Notes: generated by a model from the sequence alone, not told the origin. A DNA stretch of 64,000 nucleotides from Lachnospiraceae bacterium (GCA_045616465.1 JAZLGW010000016.1:14900-78899), one strand, 5' to 3'; positions 54,750-64,000 are shown, counted from the stretch's first letter. Made by a program: numbers and translations.

Positions 54750-56834
54750 ATGATTAAGATTGGCGATATCATAGCAGAACGATATGAAATACAGGACAAA
54801 ATTGGTGCAGGTGGTATGAGCGATGTGTATCGCGCATACGACAGCAAGTTAAACCGTCCTGTTGCAGTAAAAGTATTAAAGCAGGAGTTTTCTGATAATG
54901 CAGATTTCCTGTCAAAGTTTCGTGTAGAAGCCCAGGCAGCAGCGGGACTGATGCATCCCAATATCGTAAACGTATATGATGTAGGGGAAGAATATGGTTC
55001 CCACTATATGATTATGGAATTGGTGGAAGGCATTACCTTAAAGCGCTACATTGAGAAAAAGCAGAGACTATCTGTAAAAGAAGCAGTTAGTATTGCGATT
55101 CAGGTTGCGAATGGTATTGAGTCTGCCCACAACAACCATATCATTCATAGAGATATCAAACCGCAGAACATTATTATCAGTAAGGATGGTAAGGTAAAGG
55201 TAACCGATTTTGGTATTGCTAAGGCGGCAACCTCCAATACGATTACCTCCAACGTTATGGGGTCTGTGCACTATACTTCCCCAGAACAGGTTCGTGGTGG
55301 TTTTTCTGATGAGAAGAGTGATATCTACTCTCTTGGTATAACACTTTTTGAAATGCTTACCGGTCGCGTTCCTTTTAATGGGGATACTACGGTTGCGGTT
55401 GCAATTAAACATATCCAGGAGCCCATGCCTACGCCCAGGGATTATGTAGCGGAGATTCCTATTTCTGTGGAACAGATTGTTATGAAATGTACCCAGAAGA
55501 GTGCTGACCGCAGATATCAGGTAGTACCAGAGCTGATTGAAGATTTGAAGCGATCTTTGATTAGTCCTGACGAGGATTTTGTTCGTATTGAATCTCCTGA
55601 GTCTTCTGGCAAGACTAAAAACATTGATGGAGATGAATTGGAAAGAATTAAGCGGGCAAGATCCGGAGATATGTCTAACTCTGCTGCGATTGCTACCAGC
55701 GGTTCCGCAACGGGTAAAGTTGTACCGCTTCGTACAGTAGAGGAACAGTATGAGGAGTACGAAGAGTACGAGGAAGTTGATGAGGACTTTGAACCATATG
55801 AGGAAGAGGATATTAAGCCTCTGCCTAGAAAGGTCGCAGAAGAGCGTACAACTTCTGCGAAGAAGGCTTCTGTCAGTGGAAAGAAGAATGGAAAACGGAA
55901 GAACGACGAGGACTATAATCCTAAGATGGAACTACTCGTTACCGTTTTGATTGTAGCCGTAGCAGTTGTAATTGGATTGATTGCATTATTCTTCCTAGGA
56001 AAAGCAATGGGATTATTTGGCAAGAAGGACGGCAGTACCTCTGATAATGAGGTGCAGCAGGAAACAGTAGTTTCTACGAATGATCAGACGGGTACAAGGG
56101 AAGACGTCGTGGATGCGAATTCAGTGGTCCTTGTAAGTTATGTTGGACTTGCAAAGCCTGAGGCAGTTGCCCAGTTAAATGCAGCAGGTCTTACAGAGAT
56201 TATCGAAGAAGTGGACGCAGAGGAACCCATGGGAACGGTCGTTGGTATGAGCCCCGAATGGGGAACCACCGTTGCACGTGGCTCTTCTGTCACCTTATAT
56301 ATTAGTAATGGATCGGGCAATTCCAGTGGAATTACCGTTCCGAATCTATTAAGTGGTGGTATGACAGAGAGTGATGCTGTCATCACATTGACAGAACTTG
56401 GTTTTGTTCCAGTTAGTGATGGCGAAGAGTATTCAGAGACTTGTATGGAAGGGGAAATTTGTTATCAGAGTGTACCTGCCTTTTCCAAGGCTCCCGCAGG
56501 AACTGAGATACACTATAAGGTTAGTAAAGGTCCCGAGGCAGCGATGTATAGCTGTAATTATAATGTGGCAGCACCTGCGGATTATGCAGGCGGAACGGCG
56601 ACCATTGTGATGACAGGCAGTGATGGTTCGCAGCTCTTTAACCAGACCACAGAATCTTTCCCGGTAACGATTTCTATTTCTGGATTGAAAGGTGTCTCCT
56701 ATGGTGATGTAGTAATCACTTATGAAGTAGCGCAGAACCAGGAAGTTACCGATGCAGATGGCAATGTAACGATAGGTTCTGTTATGAAACAACAGATTAC
56801 CGATCCCATTCGTGTTGAGTTTACAAGGGAGTAA
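54750..56834 (+). CDS. prkC: PASTA-domain Ser/Thr protein kinase PrkC/PknB type
   Basis: 694 aa; Hanks kinase domain (GAGGMSDVY, HRDIKPQN, DFGIA), TM segment, two PASTA-like repeats. Confidence 0.92.
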   Translation: MIKIGDIIAERYEIQDKIGAGGMSDVYRAYDSKLNRPVAVKVLKQEFSDNADFLSKFRVEAQAAAGLMHPNIVNVYDVGEEYGSHYMIMELVEGITLKRYIEKKQRLSVKEAVSIAIQVANGIESAHNNHIIHRDIKPQNIIISKDGKVKVTDFGIAKAATSNTITSNVMGSVHYTSPEQVRGGFSDEKSDIYSLGITLFEMLTGRVPFNGDTTVAVAIKHIQEPMPTPRDYVAEIPISVEQIVMKCTQKSADRRYQVVPELIEDLKRSLISPDEDFVRIESPESSGKTKNIDGDELERIKRARSGDMSNSAAIATSGSATGKVVPLRTVEEQYEEYEEYEEVDEDFEPYEEEDIKPLPRKVAEERTTSAKKASVSGKKNGKRKNDEDYNPKMELLVTVLIVAVAVVIGLIALFFLGKAMGLFGKKDGSTSDNEVQQETVVSTNDQTGTREDVVDANSVVLVSYVGLAKPEAVAQLNAAGLTEIIEEVDAEEPMGTVVGMSPEWGTTVARGSSVTLYISNGSGNSSGITVPNLLSGGMTESDAVITLTELGFVPVSDGEEYSETCMEGEICYQSVPAFSKAPAGTEIHYKVSKGPEAAMYSCNYNVAAPADYAGGTATIVMTGSDGSQLFNQTTESFPVTISISGLKGVSYGDVVITYEVAQNQEVTDADGNVTIGSVMKQQITDPIRVEFTRE

Positions 56835-56838
56835 GAGA

Positions 56839-57738
56839 TTGCCAGCGCAAGCAGAAGGAAGAATTATGAAAGGCATCTCCGGCTTCTACTATGTAGAAAC
56901 GGCGAGTGGCGAATATTACACCTGTAAAGCGAAAGGTGTTTTCCGCAAAGATAAGAAGAAACCTCTTGTAGGCGACTATGTTCGTATCGCGAAAATAGAA
57001 GGCGATGAAGAAGATGGCGTGAATGCAATCGTGGAAGAGATTCTTCCGAGAAAGAATGCGCTCATTCGTCCTGAGGTTGCTGGCGTTGATCAGGCCCTTG
57101 TGCTTTTTGCTATGGCAAGTCCGGAACCCAATTTTGGACTGCTTGATCGATTTTTAATTATGATGCGCAGGCAGAATATTCCCTGCATATTGTGCTTTAA
57201 TAAGACGGATTTGGTACAGGACGAAGACGTTCAGAAAGTTCTTTCAATTTACCAGAATTGTGGGGAAGAAGTATATTCTTTCGCAGCAAAAAAGACAGAA
57301 GATTTTGCGTTTTTAAAGGCGCATCTGCTTGGAAAAACGACGGTGCTTGCAGGCCCTTCCGGAGTGGGGAAATCGACACTTACCAACAAACTTTTTCCTG
57401 GTGCCCAGATGGAAACCGGTTCTGTAAGTGAGAAAACAGAACGTGGAAAACATACCACCCGGCACAGCGAGCTGTTTAAGCTAGCGGAGAATACCTATGT
57501 TTTTGATACCCCAGGTTTTTCTGCTTTTGATTTATCGGAAGATCTAGAAGCGCAGGAGCTCAAGGAATATTATCCGGAGTTTTATCCTTTTGAAGGTCAT
57601 TGTAAATTTAATCCATGTAGTCATACCCATGAACCCAAATGCAGGATAAAAGAAGAAGTGCAAAATGGGATGATTGCCAGAGAGCGATATGATAGTTACG
57701 AAGCACTTTATAAGAAGTGCAGCGATAGAAGATATTAG
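56839..57738 (+). CDS. rsgA: ribosome small-subunit-dependent GTPase RsgA
   Basis: TTG 56839 after GGGAG gives LPAQAEGRIMKGISGFYYV, matching the usual RsgA N-terminus. NKTDL, GPSGVGKST, zinc knuckle CKFNPCSHTHEPKC. Confidence 0.9.
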   Translation: MPAQAEGRIMKGISGFYYVETASGEYYTCKAKGVFRKDKKKPLVGDYVRIAKIEGDEEDGVNAIVEEILPRKNALIRPEVAGVDQALVLFAMASPEPNFGLLDRFLIMMRRQNIPCILCFNKTDLVQDEDVQKVLSIYQNCGEEVYSFAAKKTEDFAFLKAHLLGKTTVLAGPSGVGKSTLTNKLFPGAQMETGSVSEKTERGKHTTRHSELFKLAENTYVFDTPGFSAFDLSEDLEAQELKEYYPEFYPFEGHCKFNPCSHTHEPKCRIKEEVQNGMIARERYDSYEALYKKCSDRRY

Positions 57739-57748
57739 GAGATAAGCG

Positions 57749-58414
57749 ATGATTCATTTAGCCCCATCGATCCTTTCTGCAGACTATATGCAGCTTGGAA
57801 AGCATATTGATCAGGTAAAAAAAGGTGGTGCAGATTATTTACATTTTGATGTTATGGATGGTGTATTTGTGCCTTCTATTTCCATCGGAATGCCGGTGCT
57901 GAAATGTACCAGAGAATACACGGATTTATTTTTAGATGTGCATTTGATGATTACCGATCCCGAGAAGTATGTGGAAACGTTTGCAGAACTTGGTGCAGAT
58001 ATGGTTACGGTGCATTTAGAGACCTTAAAAGATCCTGATGCAATTTTGGCAAGAATGCGTAATACTACGGCAAAGGTTGGTCTTGCAATCAATCCTGCAA
58101 CGCCTGTTGAGGATTTATTTCCCTATCTTCACAAGGTAGATATGGCAGTTATTATGACGGTGCAGCCTGGTTTTGGAGGACAGTCCTACTTATCAAAATG
58201 CACAGAGAAGATTAAAAAGACTTCGGAATACTGTAAAGCACATGGCCTAAAGGATTTGTTAATTGAGGTAGACGGTGGCGTTAAAATCGACAACGTCCAG
58301 GTGCCCTTAGAGGCTGGCGCGAATGTAATCGTTGCAGGCAGTGCAATCTTCTATGGCGATGCAAAGGCTAACACAAAAGCATTTGTAAAAGAACTGCAAA
58401 AGTATAATGGCTAA
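57749..58414 (+). CDS. rpe: ribulose-phosphate 3-epimerase
   Basis: 221 aa; SILSAD, HFDVMDG, HLM and VDGG motifs. Confidence 0.95.
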   Translation: MIHLAPSILSADYMQLGKHIDQVKKGGADYLHFDVMDGVFVPSISIGMPVLKCTREYTDLFLDVHLMITDPEKYVETFAELGADMVTVHLETLKDPDAILARMRNTTAKVGLAINPATPVEDLFPYLHKVDMAVIMTVQPGFGGQSYLSKCTEKIKKTSEYCKAHGLKDLLIEVDGGVKIDNVQVPLEAGANVIVAGSAIFYGDAKANTKAFVKELQKYNG

Positions 58415-59321
58415 AAGCGAAGAACTTACGAAACAAACAGAACAGGATGATTATTTTCGGATCGCGAATCGTGTATCTATTTTATCTTTAGGTTCCAATT
58501 TTGTTCTCACAATTTTTAAAATTTTAGCAGGAATATTTGCACATTCAGGTGCTATGATTTCGGATGCAGTGCATTCTGCATCCGATGTTTTTAGTACCAT
58601 TGTGGTGATGATAGGTCTTCGCATTTCGGGGAAGGAAGCAGACGAAGAACACCCCTATGGACACGAGAGGCTCGAGTGTGTTGCCAGCATTATCCTGGCA
58701 GTTATTCTGGCAGGCGTTGGTGTTGGGATTGGCTATCAGGGGATTCGCATTATTGTAGATGGTGATCCCGGAGCTCTAAAAATTCCAGGCTTACTGGCAT
58801 TAATTGCTTCGGTTGTTTCCATTGTGACCAAAGAAGTGATGTATCAGATAACCATACGTGCGGCGAAGAAGATTGATTCCACTGCATTAAAGGCAGACGC
58901 ATGGCACCATCGAAGTGATGCATTTTCTTCCATTGGAGCCCTTCTTGGTATTGTAGGAGCGCGCATGGGATTTCCGATTTTGGATCCCCTTGCTTCTGTG
59001 GTAATTTGTATTTTTATTTTGAAGGCAGCGCTTGATATTTTTATGGATGCTGTGAACAAAATGGTAGATAAAGCTTGCGACAAAGAAACCACGCAGGCAA
59101 TCAAAGAAGCGGCGCTCTCTGTCTCAGGTGTCCTTCGCGTAGATGCTCTGCGGACCCGTATGTTTGGCCCTAAAATCTATGTAGATATGGAAATCGCGAC
59201 ATCAGGAGAGATTACACTAAATGCGGCACACGATATTGCAGAACGTGTGCACGATAAGATTGAAACAGATTTTAAGAATGTAAAACATATTATGGTGCAT
59301 GTAAATCCAGCAAATCCATAA
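58407..59321 (+). CDS. cation diffusion facilitator family metal efflux transporter
   Basis: 304 aa; ISDAVHSASD and HHRSDAFSS metal-site motifs; C-terminal cytoplasmic domain. Confidence 0.85.
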   Translation: MAKSEELTKQTEQDDYFRIANRVSILSLGSNFVLTIFKILAGIFAHSGAMISDAVHSASDVFSTIVVMIGLRISGKEADEEHPYGHERLECVASIILAVILAGVGVGIGYQGIRIIVDGDPGALKIPGLLALIASVVSIVTKEVMYQITIRAAKKIDSTALKADAWHHRSDAFSSIGALLGIVGARMGFPILDPLASVVICIFILKAALDIFMDAVNKMVDKACDKETTQAIKEAALSVSGVLRVDALRTRMFGPKIYVDMEIATSGEITLNAAHDIAERVHDKIETDFKNVKHIMVHVNPANP

Positions 59322-59338
59322 ATGAAGTGGGAGATAAA

Positions 59339-60352
59339 ATGATCTGTATCCGAGCAGATGCAAACAAAACCATAGCAACAGGACATGTTATGCGCTGTCT
59401 TTCCATCGCGGAGGCGCTCCGGGAAGTGGGCGAGGATGTTATCTTTGCAATGGCAGATGAGGAAGGGGCATATCTTCCCAAAGAAAGAGGGTTTGAAACC
59501 TTTATTTTGCATTCGGATTATAGCGACATGGAAGGGGAACTTCCAGCATTTTTAGCATTTATAAGACAAAGCAATATAAAGGCAGTTCTGTTAGATAGCT
59601 ATCAGGTTACGAAGCACTATATGGAGGCGGTTTTAGAACAGACGAAGCTTGTTTATCTGGACGACATAGATGCATTTCCCTATCCCTGTGATTTGCTTAT
59701 AAATTATGCAGCCTCTGCGGAAGATGCTACCTATACAACGTACCGGAAAGAAAGCACCTGTCTTCTGGGAACGGATTATATTCCGCTTCGAAGCCAGTTT
59801 GTAGCGCAAAAAGCACATATGTTTAGCGAGAAGGTACAGAATGTCCTACTATTGTCCGGAGGGACGGATCCCTGTGGTATTCTTCCTGTAATGGCAGACA
59901 GACTGCGAGAGCAGTATCAGGGAACGATTACCATTATTACCAGCTCATTAAATGAAAGACGAGAAGAACTTCTTACGCGTGCGAAGGCGGATGAGGCATT
60001 ACAGGTATACTTTGATGTAAAAAATATGGCAGAGCATATGCAGAAAGCAGATGTCTGCATAACGGCTGGCGGATCGACCACCTATGAATTATGTGCTACG
60101 GGAACGCCCTATATAACCTACACACTCGCAGATAACCAGTTGCCTTCTGTGCGGAAAATGGCAGAACTTGGTATGACCGCATATGCAGGGGATGTAAGAG
60201 AAAATTTGGATAAAGTTATAAACAGTAGCTTAATCCATTTTGAAGATTATCAGTCGCAGAGGTATAGGGAAGCAGTGAGTCAGAAATTACAGAATTTTGT
60301 AGATGGTAATGGAGCGAAACGAATCGCGCAAAGAATCATCGCGTTATATTAA
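59339..60352 (+). CDS. PseG/SpsG-family nucleotide-sugar hydrolase or glycosyltransferase-like protein
   Basis: MICIRADANKTIATGHVMRCLSIAEAL N-terminus; D.Y, LR.QF and SGGTD pattern as in PseG. ATG 59339 preferred to the ORF-track GTG 59327. Confidence 0.6.
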   Translation: MICIRADANKTIATGHVMRCLSIAEALREVGEDVIFAMADEEGAYLPKERGFETFILHSDYSDMEGELPAFLAFIRQSNIKAVLLDSYQVTKHYMEAVLEQTKLVYLDDIDAFPYPCDLLINYAASAEDATYTTYRKESTCLLGTDYIPLRSQFVAQKAHMFSEKVQNVLLLSGGTDPCGILPVMADRLREQYQGTITIITSSLNERREELLTRAKADEALQVYFDVKNMAEHMQKADVCITAGGSTTYELCATGTPYITYTLADNQLPSVRKMAELGMTAYAGDVRENLDKVINSSLIHFEDYQSQRYREAVSQKLQNFVDGNGAKRIAQRIIALY

Positions 60353-60376
60353 AAAGACCTGCCAGGCAGGTCTTTT
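60352..60376. terminator. bidirectional intrinsic terminator
   Basis: AAAAGACCTGCC-a-GGCAGGTCTTTT between convergent genes. Confidence 0.75.
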
Positions 60377-60378
60377 CT

Positions 60379-61176
60379 TTAATTACTTAACATCATTCTA
60401 TCATTTGCAAAATGTCCGCCGGAAGCTTCAGAGAACTTCGCCAGAAGCTGATCAACGGTAAGCGCACGTTTTTCTTCACCTCTTACATCGTAGATGATTC
60501 TACCCTCGTGCATCATGATGAGACGGTTACCATGGGCAATAGCGTCCTTCATGTTATGGGTAATCATTAAGGTGGTTAAGTTACTTTCTCCTACTAACTT
60601 ATCGGTAAGATCCAGTACCGTAGCGGCAGTTTTGGGATCAAGCGCTGCGGTATGCTCATCTAGAAGGAGAAGCTTTGGCTTTTGAAGCGTTGCCATAAGC
60701 AGGGTGAGGGCCTGACGCTGTCCACCTGAGAGAAGGCCGACATTGGTGCTCATACGATTTTCAAGACCAAGTCCTAACTGCGCAACGTGCTCTCTGAAAA
60801 ACGCCTTATTCTTGCTGCTGAGCGCCCAGCCAAGACCACGACCCTTACCACGCTTAGAAGCTAACGCGAGATTTTCTTCAATCCACATATCTCCTGCGGT
60901 TCCAAGCATAGGATCCTGGAAAACGCGGCCAAGATATTTGGCACGCTTGTATTCAGGAAGTCTGGTAACATCTGTTTCGTCAATGACAATCTGTCCGCAG
61001 TCAGGAGGAAAAACACCCGCAATCATATTCATAAGGGTGGATTTTCCGGCACCGTTACCGCCGATGATGGTTACGAAATCGCCGTCTTCCAGCACTAAAT
61101 CAACCCCGCAAAGGGCTCTTTTTTCATTAATGGTTCCCGCGTTAAATGTTTTGTGAAGGTTTTGGATTTTTAACAT
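60379..61176 (-). CDS. ABC transporter ATP-binding protein
   Basis: 265 aa; GGNGAGKST, LSGGQRQAL, LLLDEHTAALD. Confidence 0.9.
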   Translation of the reverse strand: MLKIQNLHKTFNAGTINEKRALCGVDLVLEDGDFVTIIGGNGAGKSTLMNMIAGVFPPDCGQIVIDETDVTRLPEYKRAKYLGRVFQDPMLGTAGDMWIEENLALASKRGKGRGLGWALSSKNKAFFREHVAQLGLGLENRMSTNVGLLSGGQRQALTLLMATLQKPKLLLLDEHTAALDPKTAATVLDLTDKLVGESNLTTLMITHNMKDAIAHGNRLIMMHEGRIIYDVRGEEKRALTVDQLLAKFSEASGGHFANDRMMLSN

Positions 61177-61187
61177 GTCTTACCTCC

Positions 61188-62141
61188 CTACTGTGATGCC
61201 TTGGAAGTAGTTCCAATGCGTTTTTCTTTTGCAGTTTTTTTCCAGAAAGGAATACCAAGGAAGATTGCAACAACAAGGGCTGTAAAGAGCTTTAAGTCAT
61301 TTGCACTCATCTGGATTAGGATAAACTTGTCAGGGGTGGGTAAGGGAATCTGAATCTTTAAGGAAAGAACGAAAGTGATAACAAAATAATAAAGTACACC
61401 ACCGATGATTGCGGCAACAAGCTTTAATGCAAAATTCTTGAAAATCTTATGGAATAAGACCTCGCCGATAATAACAGCGGCAAGTCCTATAACGATGGCA
61501 CCACGTCCCATGTTAATATCTGCGAAGCCCTGGTACTGGGTGAGAAGCGCACCACTAAACGCAACAATACCATTGCTGATGATAAGTCCAAGAATTTTGG
61601 CAAGATTCGTATTGATACCATTGGCTCTTGCCATAGCCATATTGTTACCGGTTGCACGAAGGGCGCTACCAAGTTCTGTTCCGAAGAACAGATAAAGGAT
61701 TAAGATGAGTGCAGCTGTAATAATTGCACCGATGATGATAGCTCTCACGGGACTACTAAGGGAGAGCAGTACATTATAATTTCTGAAGTTCAGGCCTTGA
61801 TTTGCCTTTCCTCCTAATAGTCTTAAATTAATAGAATAAAGTCCAAGCTGCGTTAGAATACCTGAAAGAATGGCAGGAATTCCAAAGCTAACATGGAGGA
61901 TGCCTGTAATAAGTCCAGCAATACAGCCGGCAATAAATGCAAGGATAAGTGAAGGACCAACAGGAATACCGCTAGTCATACACAATACAAGTACAGCACC
62001 ACCTGTACCGAAAGAACCATCTACAGAAAGATCTGCGATGTCGAGAATTTTGTAGGTAATATAGACACCAATGGCCATAATACCCCAGATAATACCCTGG
62101 GCAGCAGCACCAGGTAAACTGTTAAAGAATGATGTGAACAT
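61188..62141 (-). CDS. ABC transporter permease
   Basis: 317 aa; polytopic; GAGGT SD; between the SBP and ATPase genes. Confidence 0.85.
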   Translation of the reverse strand: MFTSFFNSLPGAAAQGIIWGIMAIGVYITYKILDIADLSVDGSFGTGGAVLVLCMTSGIPVGPSLILAFIAGCIAGLITGILHVSFGIPAILSGILTQLGLYSINLRLLGGKANQGLNFRNYNVLLSLSSPVRAIIIGAIITAALILILYLFFGTELGSALRATGNNMAMARANGINTNLAKILGLIISNGIVAFSGALLTQYQGFADINMGRGAIVIGLAAVIIGEVLFHKIFKNFALKLVAAIIGGVLYYFVITFVLSLKIQIPLPTPDKFILIQMSANDLKLFTALVVAIFLGIPFWKKTAKEKRIGTTSKASQ

Positions 62142-62156
62142 AAGGATACCTCAGAT

Positions 62157-62192
62157 AAAAAAACAGCCCCTGACGCCCAAAACGACAGGGGC
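62157..62192 (-). terminator. intercistronic terminator-like hairpin between the SBP and permease genes (probable attenuating or stabilising element)
   Basis: Minus strand GCCCCTG-tcgttttgggcgt-CAGGGGC followed by tgTTTTTTT, 5 nt before the permease SD. Confidence 0.5.
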
Positions 62193-62201
62193 AAATAAAC
62201 A

Positions 62202-63227
62202 CTATTCGGTTGCGATAGCTTCGTAAGTATCAGGAATAGTAATGCCAAGAGCAGTTGCTCTCTCAGGGATGTATTCCTTGGTTACGTTAGGAGCGTACTG
62301 AACCTGCATGGTCTTGATATCAGCGCCGCCAACTAAGATGTCATAAGCCATCTTACCAGTAGCATATCCAAGATCATAGTAGCTGATAGAAAGGGTAGCT
62401 ACACCGCAACCCTGGCAGATGCCTTCCTCACCAGCAACGATGGGAATACCAGCAGCAGAAGCAACGGAATCAATGATACCAGTAGAAGAAGCAGCAGTGT
62501 TATCGGTAGGGATGTACATTACATCACAAGCATCACAAGCCTGCTGGCAAACAAGTGCGATATCGTTAGAGTCTGCAAAAGAGAACTGTGTTGCAGTAAT
62601 ACCAAGTGCAGCAAGTTCTTCTACCATAACATCAGCCTGATACTTGGAGTTAGGCTCAGCAGAGCAGTAAAGAATACTAACAGTCTGGCAATCAGGGAAG
62701 AGTTCCTTAATCATAGCAGCCTGCTCAGCAAGAGGTGCAAGATCAGAGGTACCAGATACGTTGTATCCAGTAGCGCCAGTCCAGTTGTCAATCTGAAGTG
62801 CAGTAGCATAATCTGTTACGGAAGTACCAAGAATAGGAATGGTGCTGGTAGCAGTGTATGCAGCCTGTAAAGGTGCAGTAGCATTTGCTAAGATTAAATC
62901 ATAGTTGTTGCTTGCGAAAGTGTTAACGATGGTTGCACAGGTAGCAGACTCACCAGCAGCATCCTGGTAATCAAAGGTAACGTGGTCAGCGCCAAGGAGT
63001 TCGATTAATGCATCTTCAAATCCCTGGGTAGCTGCATCAAGTGCAACGTGCTGTACTAACTGGCAGATACCGATGGTGTAGTGTGCATCAGCGGCAACTT
63101 CAGTAGTAGTGGTTTCGGTGGTGGTTTCGGTAGTTTCGCTGGTCTCAGTCTTGGACTCGCAACCAGCAAGCACAGTGCCAGCGCAAAGAGCGGTAGCAAG
63201 TGCAAGAGAAACTAATTTCTTCTTCAT
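62202..63227 (-). CDS. ABC transporter substrate-binding lipoprotein (ABC_sub_bind / TrpX-like family)
   Basis: MKKKLVSLALATALCAGTVLAGC lipobox; Thr/Glu-rich linker. ATG 63227 after GGAGG (ORF track starts at 63272). Confidence 0.82.
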   Translation of the reverse strand: MKKKLVSLALATALCAGTVLAGCESKTETSETTETTTETTTTEVAADAHYTIGICQLVQHVALDAATQGFEDALIELLGADHVTFDYQDAAGESATCATIVNTFASNNYDLILANATAPLQAAYTATSTIPILGTSVTDYATALQIDNWTGATGYNVSGTSDLAPLAEQAAMIKELFPDCQTVSILYCSAEPNSKYQADVMVEELAALGITATQFSFADSNDIALVCQQACDACDVMYIPTDNTAASSTGIIDSVASAAGIPIVAGEEGICQGCGVATLSISYYDLGYATGKMAYDILVGGADIKTMQVQYAPNVTKEYIPERATALGITIPDTYEAIATE

Positions 63228-63330
63228 AATTCTTTTCCTCCATAAAAATATAATTGTTGTCTCGCACAACATTTCCTATTTTATATGATTTCGCTATAAA
63301 ATGCTATAAATATTGCACATTGTACCAACT

Positions 63331-64000
63331 TTAATGAATATCCGTGATGGTACCAATGGAAATGTAGTGTTCAAACATAGCGTATAAGTCAGAACCTTCT
63401 TCTGCCTCTTTTTGGAATGCACCTACAACCATCATTTCTTTTCCGTTTTCAGATTCTCCAACGCAGTCATAATGATCGTCAAATACACATGCTTTTGAAA
63501 CGGTACAATCTTTTAGAATTCCTTTTAATTCTGAAAGATTGCAGTCTGGGAAATTAACGTTTATGATTTCCTGTTCCACGTAGGTTACAGGCAGCAGGTC
63601 TGCAAGAATTTTATCAAGGTAAGCATCGGTGATTTCTGAGGCGCCTTCAATCCCTTCCGAAAAAGCAATGGCTGGAATGCGATGAAAGTTCGCTTCCATA
63701 GCGGCACCTACAGTACCGGAGTACATGACATCGCGTCCAACATTGAAACCATAATTGATGCCGGAAAAGACAATATCAGGCCGACCTGGAACCAGATTAA
63801 GGATGCCAAGTCTGGTGCAGTCAGCGGGCGAACCGCTTGTCATATATGCATGGACACCGGGGACGGGAAAATCCACTTCTTTAACGCAAATAGGACTGTG
63901 TAAATTAATGCTATGAGAAGCGCCACTTCTTTGTCCATCGGGTGCTACTACCCAAACTTCTCCATATTTTTGCGCCGCTTTTGCAAGTCTGATAATACCG
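63331..64000 (-). CDS. surE: 5'/3'-nucleotidase SurE (N-terminus beyond the right window edge)
   Basis: The reading frame stays open upstream of ORF-track start 63876 to the window edge (GIIRLAKAAQKYGEVWVVAPDGQRSGASHSI..). GINYGFNVGRDVMYSGTVGAAME motif. Confidence 0.9.
   Translation of the reverse strand, partial: GIIRLAKAAQKYGEVWVVAPDGQRSGASHSINLHSPICVKEVDFPVPGVHAYMTSGSPADCTRLGILNLVPGRPDIVFSGINYGFNVGRDVMYSGTVGAAMEANFHRIPAIAFSEGIEGASEITDAYLDKILADLLPVTYVEQEIINVNFPDCNLSELKGILKDCTVSKACVFDDHYDCVGESENGKEMMVVGAFQKEAEEGSDLYAMFEHYISIGTITDIH

Noticed and set aside
10143-63272. N-terminal extensions in the ORF track (starts at 909, 10143, 13379, 16743, 18780, 21552, 22214, 27376, 35658, 44588, 49971, 56812, 59327, 63272)
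   Set aside because: The longest-ORF starts run into upstream genes or terminators. Internal ATG/GTG/TTG codons preceded by good SDs reproduce canonical N-termini, so adjusted starts are reported instead.
1-64000. Mobile-element hallmarks (integrase, transposase, IS inverted repeats, prophage genes), rRNA genes and riboswitches upstream of the metabolic genes
   Set aside because: None was recognised on either strand. The accessory patches lack recombinase genes, and the upstream regions of acn, pfkA, capA-like and the ABC importer are too short or unstructured for the known riboswitch classes I can recall.

Overview
This window looks like a Firmicutes/Clostridia chromosome segment; the gene order and protein idiosyncrasies suggest a flagellated Lachnospiraceae-like organism, but taxonomy cannot be proven from here. 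It is dominated by core genes. From about 4.0 to 22.2 kb lies a complete S10-spc-alpha ribosomal-protein supercluster (rpsJ to rplQ, including secY, adk, map, infA and rpmJ). It is followed by ecfA1-ecfA2-ecfT, an aconitase, a minimal sufC/sufBD pair, tRNA-Ser, pfkA, dnaX-ybaB-recR, recJ and priA-def-fmt-rsmB-rlmN-stp-prkC-rsgA-rpe. The right end carries a CDF transporter, a PseG-like gene, a three-gene ABC importer and surE. The left edge holds a truncated flagellin gene.

The most unusual feature is inside the alpha operon: two tandem, strongly diverged, full-length rpoA paralogues (19529..20476 and 20496..21452). Their conserved-motif losses are complementary, which suggests a fixed alpha-I/alpha-II heterodimer.

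Two visibly AT-rich accessory patches each carry a HipA-like kinase module:
- 27.2-30.8 kb holds a conventional XRE-HTH + full-length HipA-like pair, next to a FecR-domain membrane protein.
- 0.9-2.4 kb holds a split version: a kinase core, then a translationally coupled gene whose C-terminus matches the HipA N-terminal subdomain.

Several long, hairpin-rich non-coding spacers sit inside the ribosomal cluster (S10 leader, rpmJ-rpsM, rpoA-rplQ). The flagellin gene appears translationally coupled to a sigma-28-driven zinc-ribbon ORF.

No rRNA, CRISPR array, transposase or integrase was seen. All calls come from reading the sequence and the ORF track by eye. No homology searches, RNA folding or composition statistics were run.
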